Shown here: piece by piece, positions 9,421 to 18,083 of the stretch
Layout: every line of letters starts with the position of its first letter
Position numbering within the stretch: position 1 is the stretch's first letter
DNA from: Planctomycetota bacterium
GTDB taxonomy: Bacteria; Planctomycetota; Planctomycetia; Pirellulales; Lacipirellulaceae
Direction of reading: 5' to 3'
NCBI GenBank assembly: GCA_039190745.1
Contig: JBCCXZ010000059.1
Span: 1-23,101 of the forward strand
Length of the DNA: 23,101 nucleotides
Notes under the pieces: model-generated
Databases searched by the model: none
What the model was told of the DNA's origin: nothing
Seen by the model: only the letters and a program-made list of their open reading frames with translations
Made by a program: the position numbers and the translations under genes

Positions 9421-10065
9421 CTAGGCGTCGGAGGCCGCGCTGTCGTGGAACTGTTCGGGGTGTGCCTGGATGGCCTCGACGGCTCGGGCCACCATTGCGT
9501 GGCGGGCCAGCTCGAAGTTGGTTTTCGCGGAGGCGTCGAAGACCCGATCGCCGACACGGACGACGAACCCGGCGATTAGGTCCTCGTCGACCGAAACCGA
9601 AACAAGCGGCTCACGGCCGAGGACCTCTCGCAGACGGCCGGTGAGCTGGCTGACAGTTTGGTCGTCGGTGGGCTGAGCGAACACGGCGTCGACGGGGACC
9701 TGGCCGGATCGTTCTTCCCAGATTTTCCGCGCCGACTGCACTACGGCCCCTAGCAGGCCGAGCCGCCCGTGCTGCGCGAGCACGCGGAGGAAGTTAAGCG
9801 AAACGTCGCCGATCTTGCCGCCGAAGACGCGGTCGAGCAGCCCGATCTTCTCGTCGGCCGAGATCAGGGCCGAATCGAAGGCCTTAGCAAGCTGCGGGTA
9901 GGCCGAGAGCACCTCGTCACGGATCGCCGCGAGGTCTTCGACCACCGACTGCGCCTGGTCTCCCGCCGCGTCGAGCGCCGCCTTGGCGTAGACGCGGGCA
10001 AGCTTCTCCGCGTCGACGTCGAAGACGGTTTCGTGGTGCGGCAGGTTGGCCGGGTCGAGGTTCAT
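9421..10065 (-). CDS. atpH: ATP synthase F1 delta subunit
   Basis: ARVYAKA, NFLRVLAQHGRL, VDEDLIAGFVVRVGDRVFDAS; lies between atpF and atpA. Confidence 0.95.
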   Translation of the reverse strand: MNLDPANLPHHETVFDVDAEKLARVYAKAALDAAGDQAQSVVEDLAAIRDEVLSAYPQLAKAFDSALISADEKIGLLDRVFGGKIGDVSLNFLRVLAQHGRLGLLGAVVQSARKIWEERSGQVPVDAVFAQPTDDQTVSQLTGRLREVLGREPLVSVSVDEDLIAGFVVRVGDRVFDASAKTNFELARHAMVARAVEAIQAHPEQFHDSAASDA

Positions 10066-10101
10066 CGACGTTGCTTTCCGCTACGGGGCACTTCAGTCGG
10101 G

Positions 10102-10752
10102 TCAGTTGTTGCTCGGTGAGCCGTTGCCGAGACGGCCGAGGGCTTCCTGCACGAGCGACGACTGCTGCTCGGGCGTGATGTTCTGGCGGACAATCTTGCC
10201 CGCCAGGTCGACGGCCAGGTTGGCGCTGGTCTCCGCCAGGCGCTGCATGGCGTGGTCGGCGGCGATCTCCACCTCGCGGACGCCGCGGAGCCTCTCGGCT
10301 TCGGCGGCTTTCTGGGCCTCGGCGATGATCTGACCCTTGGTGTGCTCGGCGTCACGCCGGGCTTCTTCGAGCAGTTCACGCACTTCGTCGGCCGCCTGCG
10401 CCAGCTTGGCCTCGTGCTGCGCGAGCAGCTGCTTGGCCTCCTCGTGCTTGGACTCGGCGGCGGCGATGTTGCCCTCGATCCGCTCCTCACGCTCGACCAG
10501 TGCCTGGGAGATCGTGGGCCAGGCGAACTTGCTTAAGAGCCCAAAGAGCAGGCAGAACACGACGAACGTGTAGATCGCCAAGTCGCCTTGGAACTCTGAG
10601 GCGTCGTCCATACCGTCGGCCGCGTTGCCGTGGCCGGGGTCGTGGTGGCCTTCCCCGTGCGCGTCGCCCCCCGAGGCGGCGACACTAGGCAGCGCGAGGC
10701 CGCCCGCCTGCACGGCGCAGAGTAGCAGAGCCAGGAAAACCTGCTTCGGCAT
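10102..10752 (-). CDS. atpF: ATP synthase F0 subunit b with signal-peptide-like and His-rich N-terminal extension
   Basis: TM segment then FAWPTI...EREERI and a long coiled coil. ATG at 10752 is preceded by GGGAG and is preferred over the ORF-track start at 10809. Confidence 0.93.
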   Translation of the reverse strand: MPKQVFLALLLCAVQAGGLALPSVAASGGDAHGEGHHDPGHGNAADGMDDASEFQGDLAIYTFVVFCLLFGLLSKFAWPTISQALVEREERIEGNIAAAESKHEEAKQLLAQHEAKLAQAADEVRELLEEARRDAEHTKGQIIAEAQKAAEAERLRGVREVEIAADHAMQRLAETSANLAVDLAGKIVRQNITPEQQSSLVQEALGRLGNGSPSNN

Positions 10753-10819
10753 CGAAAACTCCCAGACAGCAAGCGTGAGGTATTGCCCGCGACCGGTGTC
10801 GCGGGTCACGAGCGGCAGA

Positions 10820-11122
10820 CTAGCTGGCCCAGGGGTTCTGGCCCGAGCAAACGAACAACGCGTAGAAGGTGAAACCTTCGATCAGGGCCGCGGCGATAAT
10901 CATCGCGGTCTGGATGTTGCCGGCGACCTCGGGCTGACGCGCCATGCTCTCGAGGGCGGCGGAGGCAAGCTTGCCGATGCCCAAAGCGGCGCCAATGGCC
11001 ACCAAGCCAACGCCGAAGGCGCCGGAGAAGCTGATCATCGAGCCATCCGCGGCGGCAGCGGGGCTAGCCAGCACGAGCGAGGCCACGACACCGAAGGCCA
11101 TGTACTGAAAGAACTTATTCAC
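10820..11122 (-). CDS. atpE: ATP synthase F0 subunit c (H+-type) with N-terminal signal-peptide-like extension
   Basis: ESMARQPE loop and ALIEG (essential Glu). GTG at 11122 is preceded by CAGGAG; 100 aa. Confidence 0.95.
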   Translation of the reverse strand: MNKFFQYMAFGVVASLVLASPAAAADGSMISFSGAFGVGLVAIGAALGIGKLASAALESMARQPEVAGNIQTAMIIAAALIEGFTFYALFVCSGQNPWAS

Positions 11123-11171
11123 GGAAGAATCTCCTGTAGTCTGCGGGTGCTCTGAATACGTAAGCCCGCGG

Positions 11172-12470
11172 TTAGTGATGGTGCACGGCCGAGCCGATAA
11201 ACAGAGCCGACAAAAAGGTAAATACATAGGCCTGCAGGAAGGCCACAAATAGTTCAAGGACGCTGAACAAGGCGGAACCGATCACAGCGATGGGCGCCAC
11301 GACTGGCCAAGTGGACGTGCCGGCGGCGGCGACGGCCATCCCCATGATCGCCAGCAGCACCAAGTGCCCCGCGACCATGTTGGCCAACAGCCGGATGCCG
11401 AGCACGGCGTGTTTAATAAACAGCCCGAGCACTTCGATCAGAAACAGCATCGGGACAATGAAAATCGCCAAGATCATGGGCAGTCCCATGCTCGGGACCT
11501 GGTTCTTCCAGAAGCCCAGGATGCCGAAGCGGGCCGAGCCCGCAATCACCACCGTGGCGAACGTCACGCCCGCCATTGCAAGTGTCACGCTGAATGAGCC
11601 TGTCGGCGCCCCCATGAAGGGGATCATCCCCAGCAGGTTGCAGCCCAGGACGAACATAAAGATCGTCCACAACAGCGGCACGAACCGATCGGCGTCGTGA
11701 CCGCCGATCGCCGGCCGGGCGACCTCGTCGCGGAGGAACAGCAGGAAAGCCTCGAACATGTTCCAGGCCTTCTTCTTCACCGGCCGGCCGAACTGGACCT
11801 TGGTGGCGAGCTTCGTAAACACCCACACGAGCACCGCCGCGACGACCAGTTCCAGGATCATGAACTTCGAGATCGCGAAGCCCGATTCCTTCTGGTAGTT
11901 GTTGCGGAGCGTGCCGAAGGGCTGAGGGATGAGCACCTTGCCGTCGAGTGCGTGGTTGTAGCTCTCGATCTTCTCGTCGGACCAGGGCGGGGTCTCGACG
12001 TCGAATCGCTCGACATCGTTCGCGTTGGTCTTGATGCGGCCCCACCAGTCTTGGTTGCCGTCGAACTTGGTCGCCGCTTCGATGCGGGCCTCGAAGGCGT
12101 CCCCCTCCTCGTCGTCGAGCTGCTTCTCAAACTCGCCGAGGGCCAACGGCTTCTGGAACCATTCCTGGCCCTCGGCCTCTTCGAGAAAACGATCGAACGG
12201 CTTGGCGTAGTTCTTATTCTCGTGCCGCCACGACTGGTAGGCTTTCAGTAGTTTCTGCTTGGGGGGCAGCTCGACTCCGACGACGTTGCCCGATTCGATC
12301 TTGGTAGCGAGGAAGTCGTACTGCTCAGAGGCTTCCCAGTCCTGGTACTCATCGTCCAGACGCACCCAATACTCTGGGAAGTCTGTGCGCCCCTCCCTCT
12401 CAGAGCGCCACAAGAACTTGGGCAGCTCGAAGTAGTAGCTGTCTTTGATGTGCAGCAGTGCGTCGGACAT
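11172..12470 (-). CDS. atpB: ATP synthase F0 subunit a with about 200-aa hydrophilic N-terminal region
   Basis: NLLGMIP, IRLLANMVAGH (essential Arg), LELFVAFLQAYVF. Confidence 0.96.
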   Translation of the reverse strand: MSDALLHIKDSYYFELPKFLWRSEREGRTDFPEYWVRLDDEYQDWEASEQYDFLATKIESGNVVGVELPPKQKLLKAYQSWRHENKNYAKPFDRFLEEAEGQEWFQKPLALGEFEKQLDDEEGDAFEARIEAATKFDGNQDWWGRIKTNANDVERFDVETPPWSDEKIESYNHALDGKVLIPQPFGTLRNNYQKESGFAISKFMILELVVAAVLVWVFTKLATKVQFGRPVKKKAWNMFEAFLLFLRDEVARPAIGGHDADRFVPLLWTIFMFVLGCNLLGMIPFMGAPTGSFSVTLAMAGVTFATVVIAGSARFGILGFWKNQVPSMGLPMILAIFIVPMLFLIEVLGLFIKHAVLGIRLLANMVAGHLVLLAIMGMAVAAAGTSTWPVVAPIAVIGSALFSVLELFVAFLQAYVFTFLSALFIGSAVHHH

Positions 12471-12497
12471 CTGCGAGCGGGCTCGGCGGGGAAAAGG

Positions 12498-12968
12498 TTA
12501 GACGGTGCGGGCGGGGGGCTTGGCGGGGGCAGAGCCGGTTCCGCGGGGGCGGTAACGCGGGATCGTCTGCACAATGAGCGTGGTTTCTGCGGCCAGCCCG
12601 ACGAGGTACAGGACGAGCAGGGCTTCTGCGAAACCCAAAGCCATCCAATCGGGGGCCCATAGTTGGCAGGCTATCCAAGCAGCGGCGGGAGTAGCGAGTC
12701 GCACGAGCATGCCGAGCAGAACCCCCGACACATCGGCCTTCCCATGCGACCGGCGGAGAAAACAAAAACGGCCAGCGGCCAAGCCGCAGAACACCGTGAG
12801 TGCAGCCAAAAGGCACGTCGATAAGAGTTCTGGGCTTCCGCCGTAGCCTGCCGCCAACGCAATTGCTGAGGCAAACAGCAAAGCGGCGATTGCAATCAGG
12901 TGTGTGACCGCTGATACCACTCGGGTAACTTTCTTGCCCTTGCTCGGGCAAACATCCTGTGTCTTCAC
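12498..12968 (-). CDS. AtpI-like four-helix membrane protein (start uncertain)
   Basis: Four hydrophobic segments with GMLVRL; directly upstream of atpB, the usual atpI position. Confidence 0.65.
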   Translation of the reverse strand: MKTQDVCPSKGKKVTRVVSAVTHLIAIAALLFASAIALAAGYGGSPELLSTCLLAALTVFCGLAAGRFCFLRRSHGKADVSGVLLGMLVRLATPAAAWIACQLWAPDWMALGFAEALLVLYLVGLAAETTLIVQTIPRYRPRGTGSAPAKPPARTV

Positions 12969-13007
12969 CGGGCTGGCCGAACCGCTCGTCCGTGGCGGCG
13001 CGATTGC

Positions 13008-13346
13008 CTAAGCCTTGTCTTCGTTTCGCTCCGACGGGCTTCCGCCGTCGGGGCTCTCTAGCTCTGGTTGTTCCGCGCTATCTGGTTCCACCGGGCCATT
13101 CATCTGCCGGCGTGCTTCGGACGCCGCGGCAGGATTCTTCGTGACCGCGACGAGGTAGCAGAGTGAACCTGCAATCCCAACGCCAAAGCCGCAAAGTGCG
13201 AACAGCGACGTGCCCAACACACTGTCGACCCAGTCGCCCGCCAAGCCGGGCAAGACCATCAATGCCCCGGCGGCAATGATCCGGGCAACCCACTGACTGG
13301 CTACCGCCATGGGGTGGGGGCCGGTGGGTGGGTCGGTTCGCGTCAC
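13008..13346 (-). CDS. AtpZ/AtpI (gene 1) family protein
   Basis: Two TM segments joined by GDWVDSVLGT (G-x-x-x-D-x-x-x-G-T pattern); first gene of the atp operon. Confidence 0.75.
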   Translation of the reverse strand: MTRTDPPTGPHPMAVASQWVARIIAAGALMVLPGLAGDWVDSVLGTSLFALCGFGVGIAGSLCYLVAVTKNPAAASEARRQMNGPVEPDSAEQPELESPDGGSPSERNEDKA

Positions 13347-13436
13347 TCAGACACCGGTCGCGGCTTTCCGCACCAATGGATCTCGCTCGTGGAAAAAACC
13401 GCGAAATCGGCAAAAAGTACGTCAAGCTGCAGGCAC

Positions 13437-13465
13437 AAGGTATTTCTGCCGTCCACCGGTGTCAA
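13437..13465 (-). promoter_or_regulatory. Sigma70-type promoter of the atp operon
   Basis: Minus strand TTGACA (13465-13460), 17-nt spacer, TACCTT (13442-13437); A/T-rich tract upstream (about 13489-13500). Confidence 0.7.
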
Positions 13466-13696
13466 CGACTGCCGCAAGAATTCGTGCATTTTTTCACAAA
13501 GTCCTCGTATGTCACTACAAAATAAAGTCTTAGAGCATTCACAGTCACCGTCGATTCCCTGACAGGCAGGGCCAAGATCGCGTGCTCGAACTCGTAATTG
13601 CGTCGGCAGTTGAACTAATCCCGTAGTAGGGGTATTGCATCGACCGTAACATCAATTTTTATAACAACTTAAGTGCGGTTCGTAATCACCAAAGAC

Positions 13697-13725
13697 TGTT
13701 CAAATGGGCGGATTCTGTCTATACT
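13697..13725 (+). promoter_or_regulatory. Possible sigma70 promoter for the DUF4912 gene
   Basis: TATACT at 13720-13725; only a weak -35 (TGTTCA) 17 nt upstream. Confidence 0.35.
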
Positions 13726-13942
13726 GCGGGAATTGGGGAGAGGAGGCAGGCAGGGTGCGTTACATATGCCAAGCCCAACCTCCTCCTGGGTTCGCTCAGG
13801 CTCCTCCAATCGTACTCCTAGGGACACTGGAGTACGCCTTGCCATTGCCCGTTCTCACGGACGATCCCACCAACTCATCCGCCGTCAGCGAAGGTTACCA
13901 CCCCGCTGAACAGCGACCCATCCGTTGCGGAGTTTCGTCTCA

Positions 13943-14968
13943 ATGACCGCGTCCACCCTCCGTACTTACACTGCAAAGGATCTGGGCCAGATGGCTCGTC
14001 AGCACGGCGTTGCGGGCTGGCACTCGATGCGGAAAGAGGAACTGGTTCGAGCGCTCACGCGGCTGCACGCCAAGGGCGGTGTAAAACCGCAGAAAAAGAA
14101 GCCCTCCGAGACACAGAAACGACTCGACCGCGTCCGCCAAGCGATCGCGACCTCACGTCGTGCAGAGCTACAAGCCAACAGCCAGACTAAGGGCGACCGG
14201 CTCGTTGTGATGGTCCGAGACCCATACTGGCTGCACGCTTATTGGGAACTGACCGCCTCGACGGTCTCTCGGGCACGCGCAGCGATGGGCCAGCGATGGC
14301 ACGGAGCCTACCCGGTGCTGAGGGTGTTTCGCCTACGGGAACGCGATTCCGCCGTCCACGAGCGAGATATCCGGATCCACGGCGGCGTCTCGCACTGGTA
14401 CATCGATGTGGTCGACCCGCCGGCATCGTATCGCCTAGAAATCGGGTACCGCACGGACGCGGGGGACTTTTATTCGGTTGCCCGCAGCAACCCCGTCACC
14501 ACGCCCGCGGCGGGCACGAGCGATTCGGTCGACGAAAACTGGACCGACATCGCGCAGCAAGTGGACCGCATCTACGCCATGAGCGGCGGGTACTCTGAAG
14601 CGGGAGCCAGCCGCGAACTGCAAGAACTGCTTGAAGAACGCCTCCAGCGGCCGCTCGGCTCGCCGATGAACACCCGCTACGGGGCCGGTGCGTCTACGAT
14701 GGGCGAGGAGATGCGGTTTGCCGTCGACGCTGAGATCACCGTCTTCGGCGTGGCCAACCCGGGTTCGCACGTCACGCTCAAGGGCGAGCCGGTCCAGGTA
14801 CGGGAAGACGGCTCGTTTGCGGTCCGTCTGGCCCTCCCGGAGCAGCGGCAGGTGATTCCGGTGGTTGCCAGCTCGGCGGACGGCGTAGAGCAGCGGACGA
14901 CCATCTTGGCGATCGAGCGGAACACCAAGACGATGGAGCCGTTGGTCCGCGATATCACTAGGCCCTAG
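13943..14968 (+). CDS. DUF4912 domain protein with Rho N-terminal-like domain
   Basis: N-terminal DLGQMARQHGVAGWHSMRKEELV (Rho_N-like); DUF4912 motifs MVRDPYWLHAYWE, WYIDV, ARSNPVTTP; GGAG upstream of ATG 13943. Confidence 0.85.
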   Translation: MTASTLRTYTAKDLGQMARQHGVAGWHSMRKEELVRALTRLHAKGGVKPQKKKPSETQKRLDRVRQAIATSRRAELQANSQTKGDRLVVMVRDPYWLHAYWELTASTVSRARAAMGQRWHGAYPVLRVFRLRERDSAVHERDIRIHGGVSHWYIDVVDPPASYRLEIGYRTDAGDFYSVARSNPVTTPAAGTSDSVDENWTDIAQQVDRIYAMSGGYSEAGASRELQELLEERLQRPLGSPMNTRYGAGASTMGEEMRFAVDAEITVFGVANPGSHVTLKGEPVQVREDGSFAVRLALPEQRQVIPVVASSADGVEQRTTILAIERNTKTMEPLVRDITRP

Positions 14969-14984
14969 GTCACTAGGTCCTAGA
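14955..14984 (+). repeat. 15-bp imperfect tandem repeat with four CTAG, across the DUF4912 stop codon
   Basis: TCACTAGGCCCTAGG TCACTAGGTCCTAGA. Confidence 0.75.
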
Positions 14985-15080
14985 TCGCCAAACTGCCACC
15001 TGGGCTTGGACGCCGCGTACGGGCGCTCTATGAATGAGCAAAGGGCGTTCGTCTTGCGCTCTGGTCCCTCCGGAAGACCG

Positions 15081-15947
15081 GTGACGATTTTGGCCGTTCA
15101 ACCAATAACGCCCCGCACGCTCGCCGACCGCCTCCTGAGTGAGTTCCGCGGCCTTAAGGATTGCGTCGTCGCGTTCTCCGGCGGCGTCGATAGCGCCGTA
15201 GTCGCGAAGGCCGCTCACCTCACCCTTGGCGATCGTGCCGTCGCCGTCACCGGCGTCAGCGACAGCCTTGCGGCCGGCGAGATGGAGGTCGCCCAGCGGG
15301 TAGCGCGTCAGATCGGTATCCGTCACGAGGTGCTCGCCACCGCCGAGATCACTCGGGAAGCGTACACGCGGAACGCGCCAGACCGTTGCTTCCATTGCAA
15401 GACCGAGCTCTACGGGACTCTAACCGCCTACGCCGAGGCGAACGGGCTCCGCACGATCGCTAATGGGGCGAACGCCGACGACCGCAGCGATTTCCGCCCC
15501 GGCACGCAAGCGGCGACTAACTTCCAAGTCATCAGCCCTCTGGCCGATTGCGGGTTCACTAAAGAGGACGTCCGCTCGCTCGCCCGGGTGTGGTCGTTGG
15601 AGGTGTGGGATAAGCCGGCCACGCCGTGTTTGTCGAGTCGGGTCGCGTACGGGGTGGAAGTCACGCCCGAGAGACTTGCCCGCATCGATCAAGCCGAGCA
15701 GGTCTTGCGAGGCCTGGGCTTCTCCGACGTTCGCGTCCGCTGCCACGCGGACGATCTGGCACGCATCGAAGTCGCCGACAGCGAAGTGCCCCGGCTATGC
15801 GAAGCGGGCTCCAGGGAGCGGCTCCTGCGAGAACTCTCCGGCCTCGGATTCAAATTCGTGACGATCGACCTGGAGGGCTTCCGCTCGGGAAGCTTTCAGC
15901 AGCTTATCCCGGCGGACAGCCTCGAGGCGTACAAGCAATCGAGCTAG
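15081..15947 (+). CDS. larE: ATP-dependent sulfur transferase LarE (PP-loop, TIGR00268-like); start could be 15030
   Basis: AFSGGVDS PP-loop, DRCFHCK, NADD..DFRPG, KPATPCLSSR, VRVR, FRSGS. Confidence 0.9.
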   Translation: MTILAVQPITPRTLADRLLSEFRGLKDCVVAFSGGVDSAVVAKAAHLTLGDRAVAVTGVSDSLAAGEMEVAQRVARQIGIRHEVLATAEITREAYTRNAPDRCFHCKTELYGTLTAYAEANGLRTIANGANADDRSDFRPGTQAATNFQVISPLADCGFTKEDVRSLARVWSLEVWDKPATPCLSSRVAYGVEVTPERLARIDQAEQVLRGLGFSDVRVRCHADDLARIEVADSEVPRLCEAGSRERLLRELSGLGFKFVTIDLEGFRSGSFQQLIPADSLEAYKQSS

Positions 15948-16519
15948 CGACCACGCGGCGGGCCGAACATCCCCCGCATCCCTTCCACAGGGTCCAGGCC
16001 GCGATCCTCTCGACGCTGGTTCACCATATCTTTGAATCGGTCCATCTTGGCCCGCATCTCAGGTGTCGTGCGGGCCAGCATCTCTTTCCGGCGTTGATCG
16101 CGTTCTGCGGGCGAAGCATCGCCGCCGCGTCGCGGGCCCCCCCGGGGCCCCCCCCCGCCGCCGCTTTCCCTCCGGTCGATGATCTCGTCCAGCCGCTCAC
16201 GCTGTTGCTCCGCCGGCATCTCGAAAAACGCATCCATCCTCTGTTCCATCATCTTCTGAAAGATCGGCATGCTGCGTTCAAAAAACGTTTTGCGTTGGTT
16301 TTCGTCTAGGGACTCGACCCGTTGACGCATGTCGTCTCGCACAGCCCGACGCTCTTCGCGAGACATCTCCTCCATGCTAGAGATCCGCTCATCGCGCAGA
16401 CGCTCCAACTCAGCGACCTCCGGGTCGTCTTGCAGCATCATCGCGGCCCCCCAGACGCCAACCAACGCGATCAACACGCCCACGACGGTCATGCCCGTCC
16501 TCTTTGTTCGATCACTCAT
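15944..16519 (-). CDS. Hypothetical protein: N-terminal TM anchor, charged helical body, Gly/Arg-rich segments
   Basis: ATG with AAGGA upstream; 44 bp downstream of the DUF1559 gene on the same strand. Confidence 0.8.
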   Translation of the reverse strand: MSDRTKRTGMTVVGVLIALVGVWGAAMMLQDDPEVAELERLRDERISSMEEMSREERRAVRDDMRQRVESLDENQRKTFFERSMPIFQKMMEQRMDAFFEMPAEQQRERLDEIIDRRESGGGGGPRGGPRRGGDASPAERDQRRKEMLARTTPEMRAKMDRFKDMVNQRREDRGLDPVEGMRGMFGPPRGR

Positions 16520-16563
16520 CCGAAGATCCTTTTTGTTGATGATGACGCAACTTATCGGAGCTG

Positions 16564-17199
16564 CTAGTCGGCAACGATGAGCGCGTCCACATGCCCGTCG
16601 AGGTACAGGAAGTTGCGCGATCCGTCATCGCCGGGCTGGCCGTGAAAGGACTCGTAGTCGTAAAACACCCAGACTTCCCCGGTGCCCCGCTCGCCGCCAC
16701 GTCGGCTCTGCACCACTTGCTGTCGGGTCCTGCCTTCAAGCCGGTAGGAAGGGTACTCGTAGCTCGAGCCCTCGTTGTAAAAGTAGGGGTCCGAGCTGTC
16801 GTAGGGCAGATCGTCGTAAGGCCTTTCGTAGCCGTCGTAGTCTGCGACGTCAGTGCTGGGATTCAGGGGCCCGAAATCCCCAGGGCAGTAGTAGATGCCG
16901 TCGCTTTCTTCGGCGTAGGGCCCCAGGACCTCGAAGATCGCGGGCTGCCGCTGGTCTTCCGGTTTCTTGAACTCCTCCGAGGGAAGGATCGCGGCCTCTG
17001 GGAACGTGCCTCTGGGGCCCTGGGCATCGATGAACCGGGTGAGTGCGAGACCGACCTGCCGCAAGTTCGACTTACACTGAGTTCTGCGGGCCGCCGCACG
17101 GGCCGACTGCACAGCGGGCAGCAGCAGGCTCAACAGAACACCGATGATCGCCAGCACGACCAGGAGCTCAACTAGCGTGAACGCCTTCGCACGCCGCAT
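16564..17199 (-). CDS. DUF1559 family protein with prepilin-type N-terminal cleavage/methylation motif
   Basis: [44 protein letters not shown]-terminal H...[18 protein letters not shown]. Confidence 0.92.
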   Translation of the reverse strand: MRRAKAFTLVELLVVLAIIGVLLSLLLPAVQSARAAARRTQCKSNLRQVGLALTRFIDAQGPRGTFPEAAILPSEEFKKPEDQRQPAIFEVLGPYAEESDGIYYCPGDFGPLNPSTDVADYDGYERPYDDLPYDSSDPYFYNEGSSYEYPSYRLEGRTRQQVVQSRRGGERGTGEVWVFYDYESFHGQPGDDGSRNFLYLDGHVDALIVAD

Positions 17200-17274
17200 C
17201 CTGGACTCCTTACACCTTCTTTAGGGAGGTGTTCCAAGCCGCAAATCGACAGTAGATACACCGTACCGCTATGA

Positions 17275-17299
17275 AACACCAAGCTGCAACGAGAGTTCC
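17275..17299 (-). promoter_or_regulatory. Possible ECF sigma promoter for the DUF1559 gene
   Basis: Minus strand GGAAC-N17-GTT, about 75 bp upstream of the start, with inverted repeat CGAGA-N7-TCTCG (17307-17323) just upstream. Confidence 0.3.
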
Positions 17300-17381
17300 G
17301 CGGAATCGAGAAAATCTCTCTCGGTAACACCCCCGAACGGCAAGCTCGGGTTGGCCGCGGTTTGATGGGTCGCAGAGATCC

Positions 17382-18083
17382 CTAAGTCGCGTGGTGGCGA
17401 CGCCTGACAGAGCTGGATCGACGCCGGCTGCCGCCCGTTGCCCGGTAACCGTACTCGATGGCAAACCATTCTGCGTAGCGCTCGCGATCGATGTACCGGG
17501 AGTTCCGATCGTCCAGCAAATGCCCCAACTCGTGAATCAGGATGTTGTTGAGATAAAAGTCCCGAATCGTTTCTTCGGTCCAAGATAGTCTCCACAGGCC
17601 TGGAGCAGGCCTGCTCCAGCGTCCGCCGTACATCCGGGCCTCGTTCACAACCTCGGGACGGGGCGGGCTCGCGAAGTCTTCTTCCAAAGAAGCTTCCATC
17701 GGGTAGAGGTACAGCGTCGCTCCCCACTGCATCCCGTAGCACGGGAAGCTCGATTTCTTCCTGGTCATTGTGCTGAACTGCACAACTTCAAGGCCTTCGG
17801 TGAAATGCGACGGGAGCTCACTAAGCCGTTTGCGGACATCCGTCGGCGTTAGGATGTGCCGGTAACCGCTGCCCGGCGGCTGTACAATGACGCGGTAAGA
17901 GCCTGGATCATGGTTGTTTGCGGGTTCGTGCCAATCTTCCGGCGGCGAGAAAGGTGCTGCGACCGTCCGCGAGCCGACATTCGCACGGCGTGCCCTAGGC
18001 GGCAGCTCGCGAGCGACTGCGCGCTTCAGCCGTTTCGCTTGGTGGACCTTTGCGGCGTGACTGCTTTTGCGATATGACTTCAT
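17382..18083 (-). CDS. Hypothetical zincin-like protein (HEXXH)
   Basis: LIHELGH followed by ERYAE (possible third ligand Glu); very basic N- and C-termini. ATG 18083 is preferred over the GTG at 18134. Confidence 0.75.
   Translation of the reverse strand: MKSYRKSSHAAKVHQAKRLKRAVARELPPRARRANVGSRTVAAPFSPPEDWHEPANNHDPGSYRVIVQPPGSGYRHILTPTDVRKRLSELPSHFTEGLEVVQFSTMTRKKSSFPCYGMQWGATLYLYPMEASLEEDFASPPRPEVVNEARMYGGRWSRPAPGLWRLSWTEETIRDFYLNNILIHELGHLLDDRNSRYIDRERYAEWFAIEYGYRATGGSRRRSSSVRRRHHAT

Noticed and set aside
11123..11257. Longer ORF-track starts for atpE (11257) and atpF (10809)
   Set aside because: The atpE extension overlaps atpB; the downstream starts at 11122 and 10752 have clear SD sequences.
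10820..12470. Na+-translocating ATP synthase or N-ATPase
   Set aside because: The c subunit lacks the Gln and Ser/Thr Na+ ligands, and gene order is the standard BEFHAGDC with a separate delta.
13506..13673. dif/Xer site or oriC reading of the AT-rich 29-bp elements
   Set aside because: No XerD arm (TTATGTTAAAT-like), several copies in promoter regions, and no DnaA-box cluster seen.
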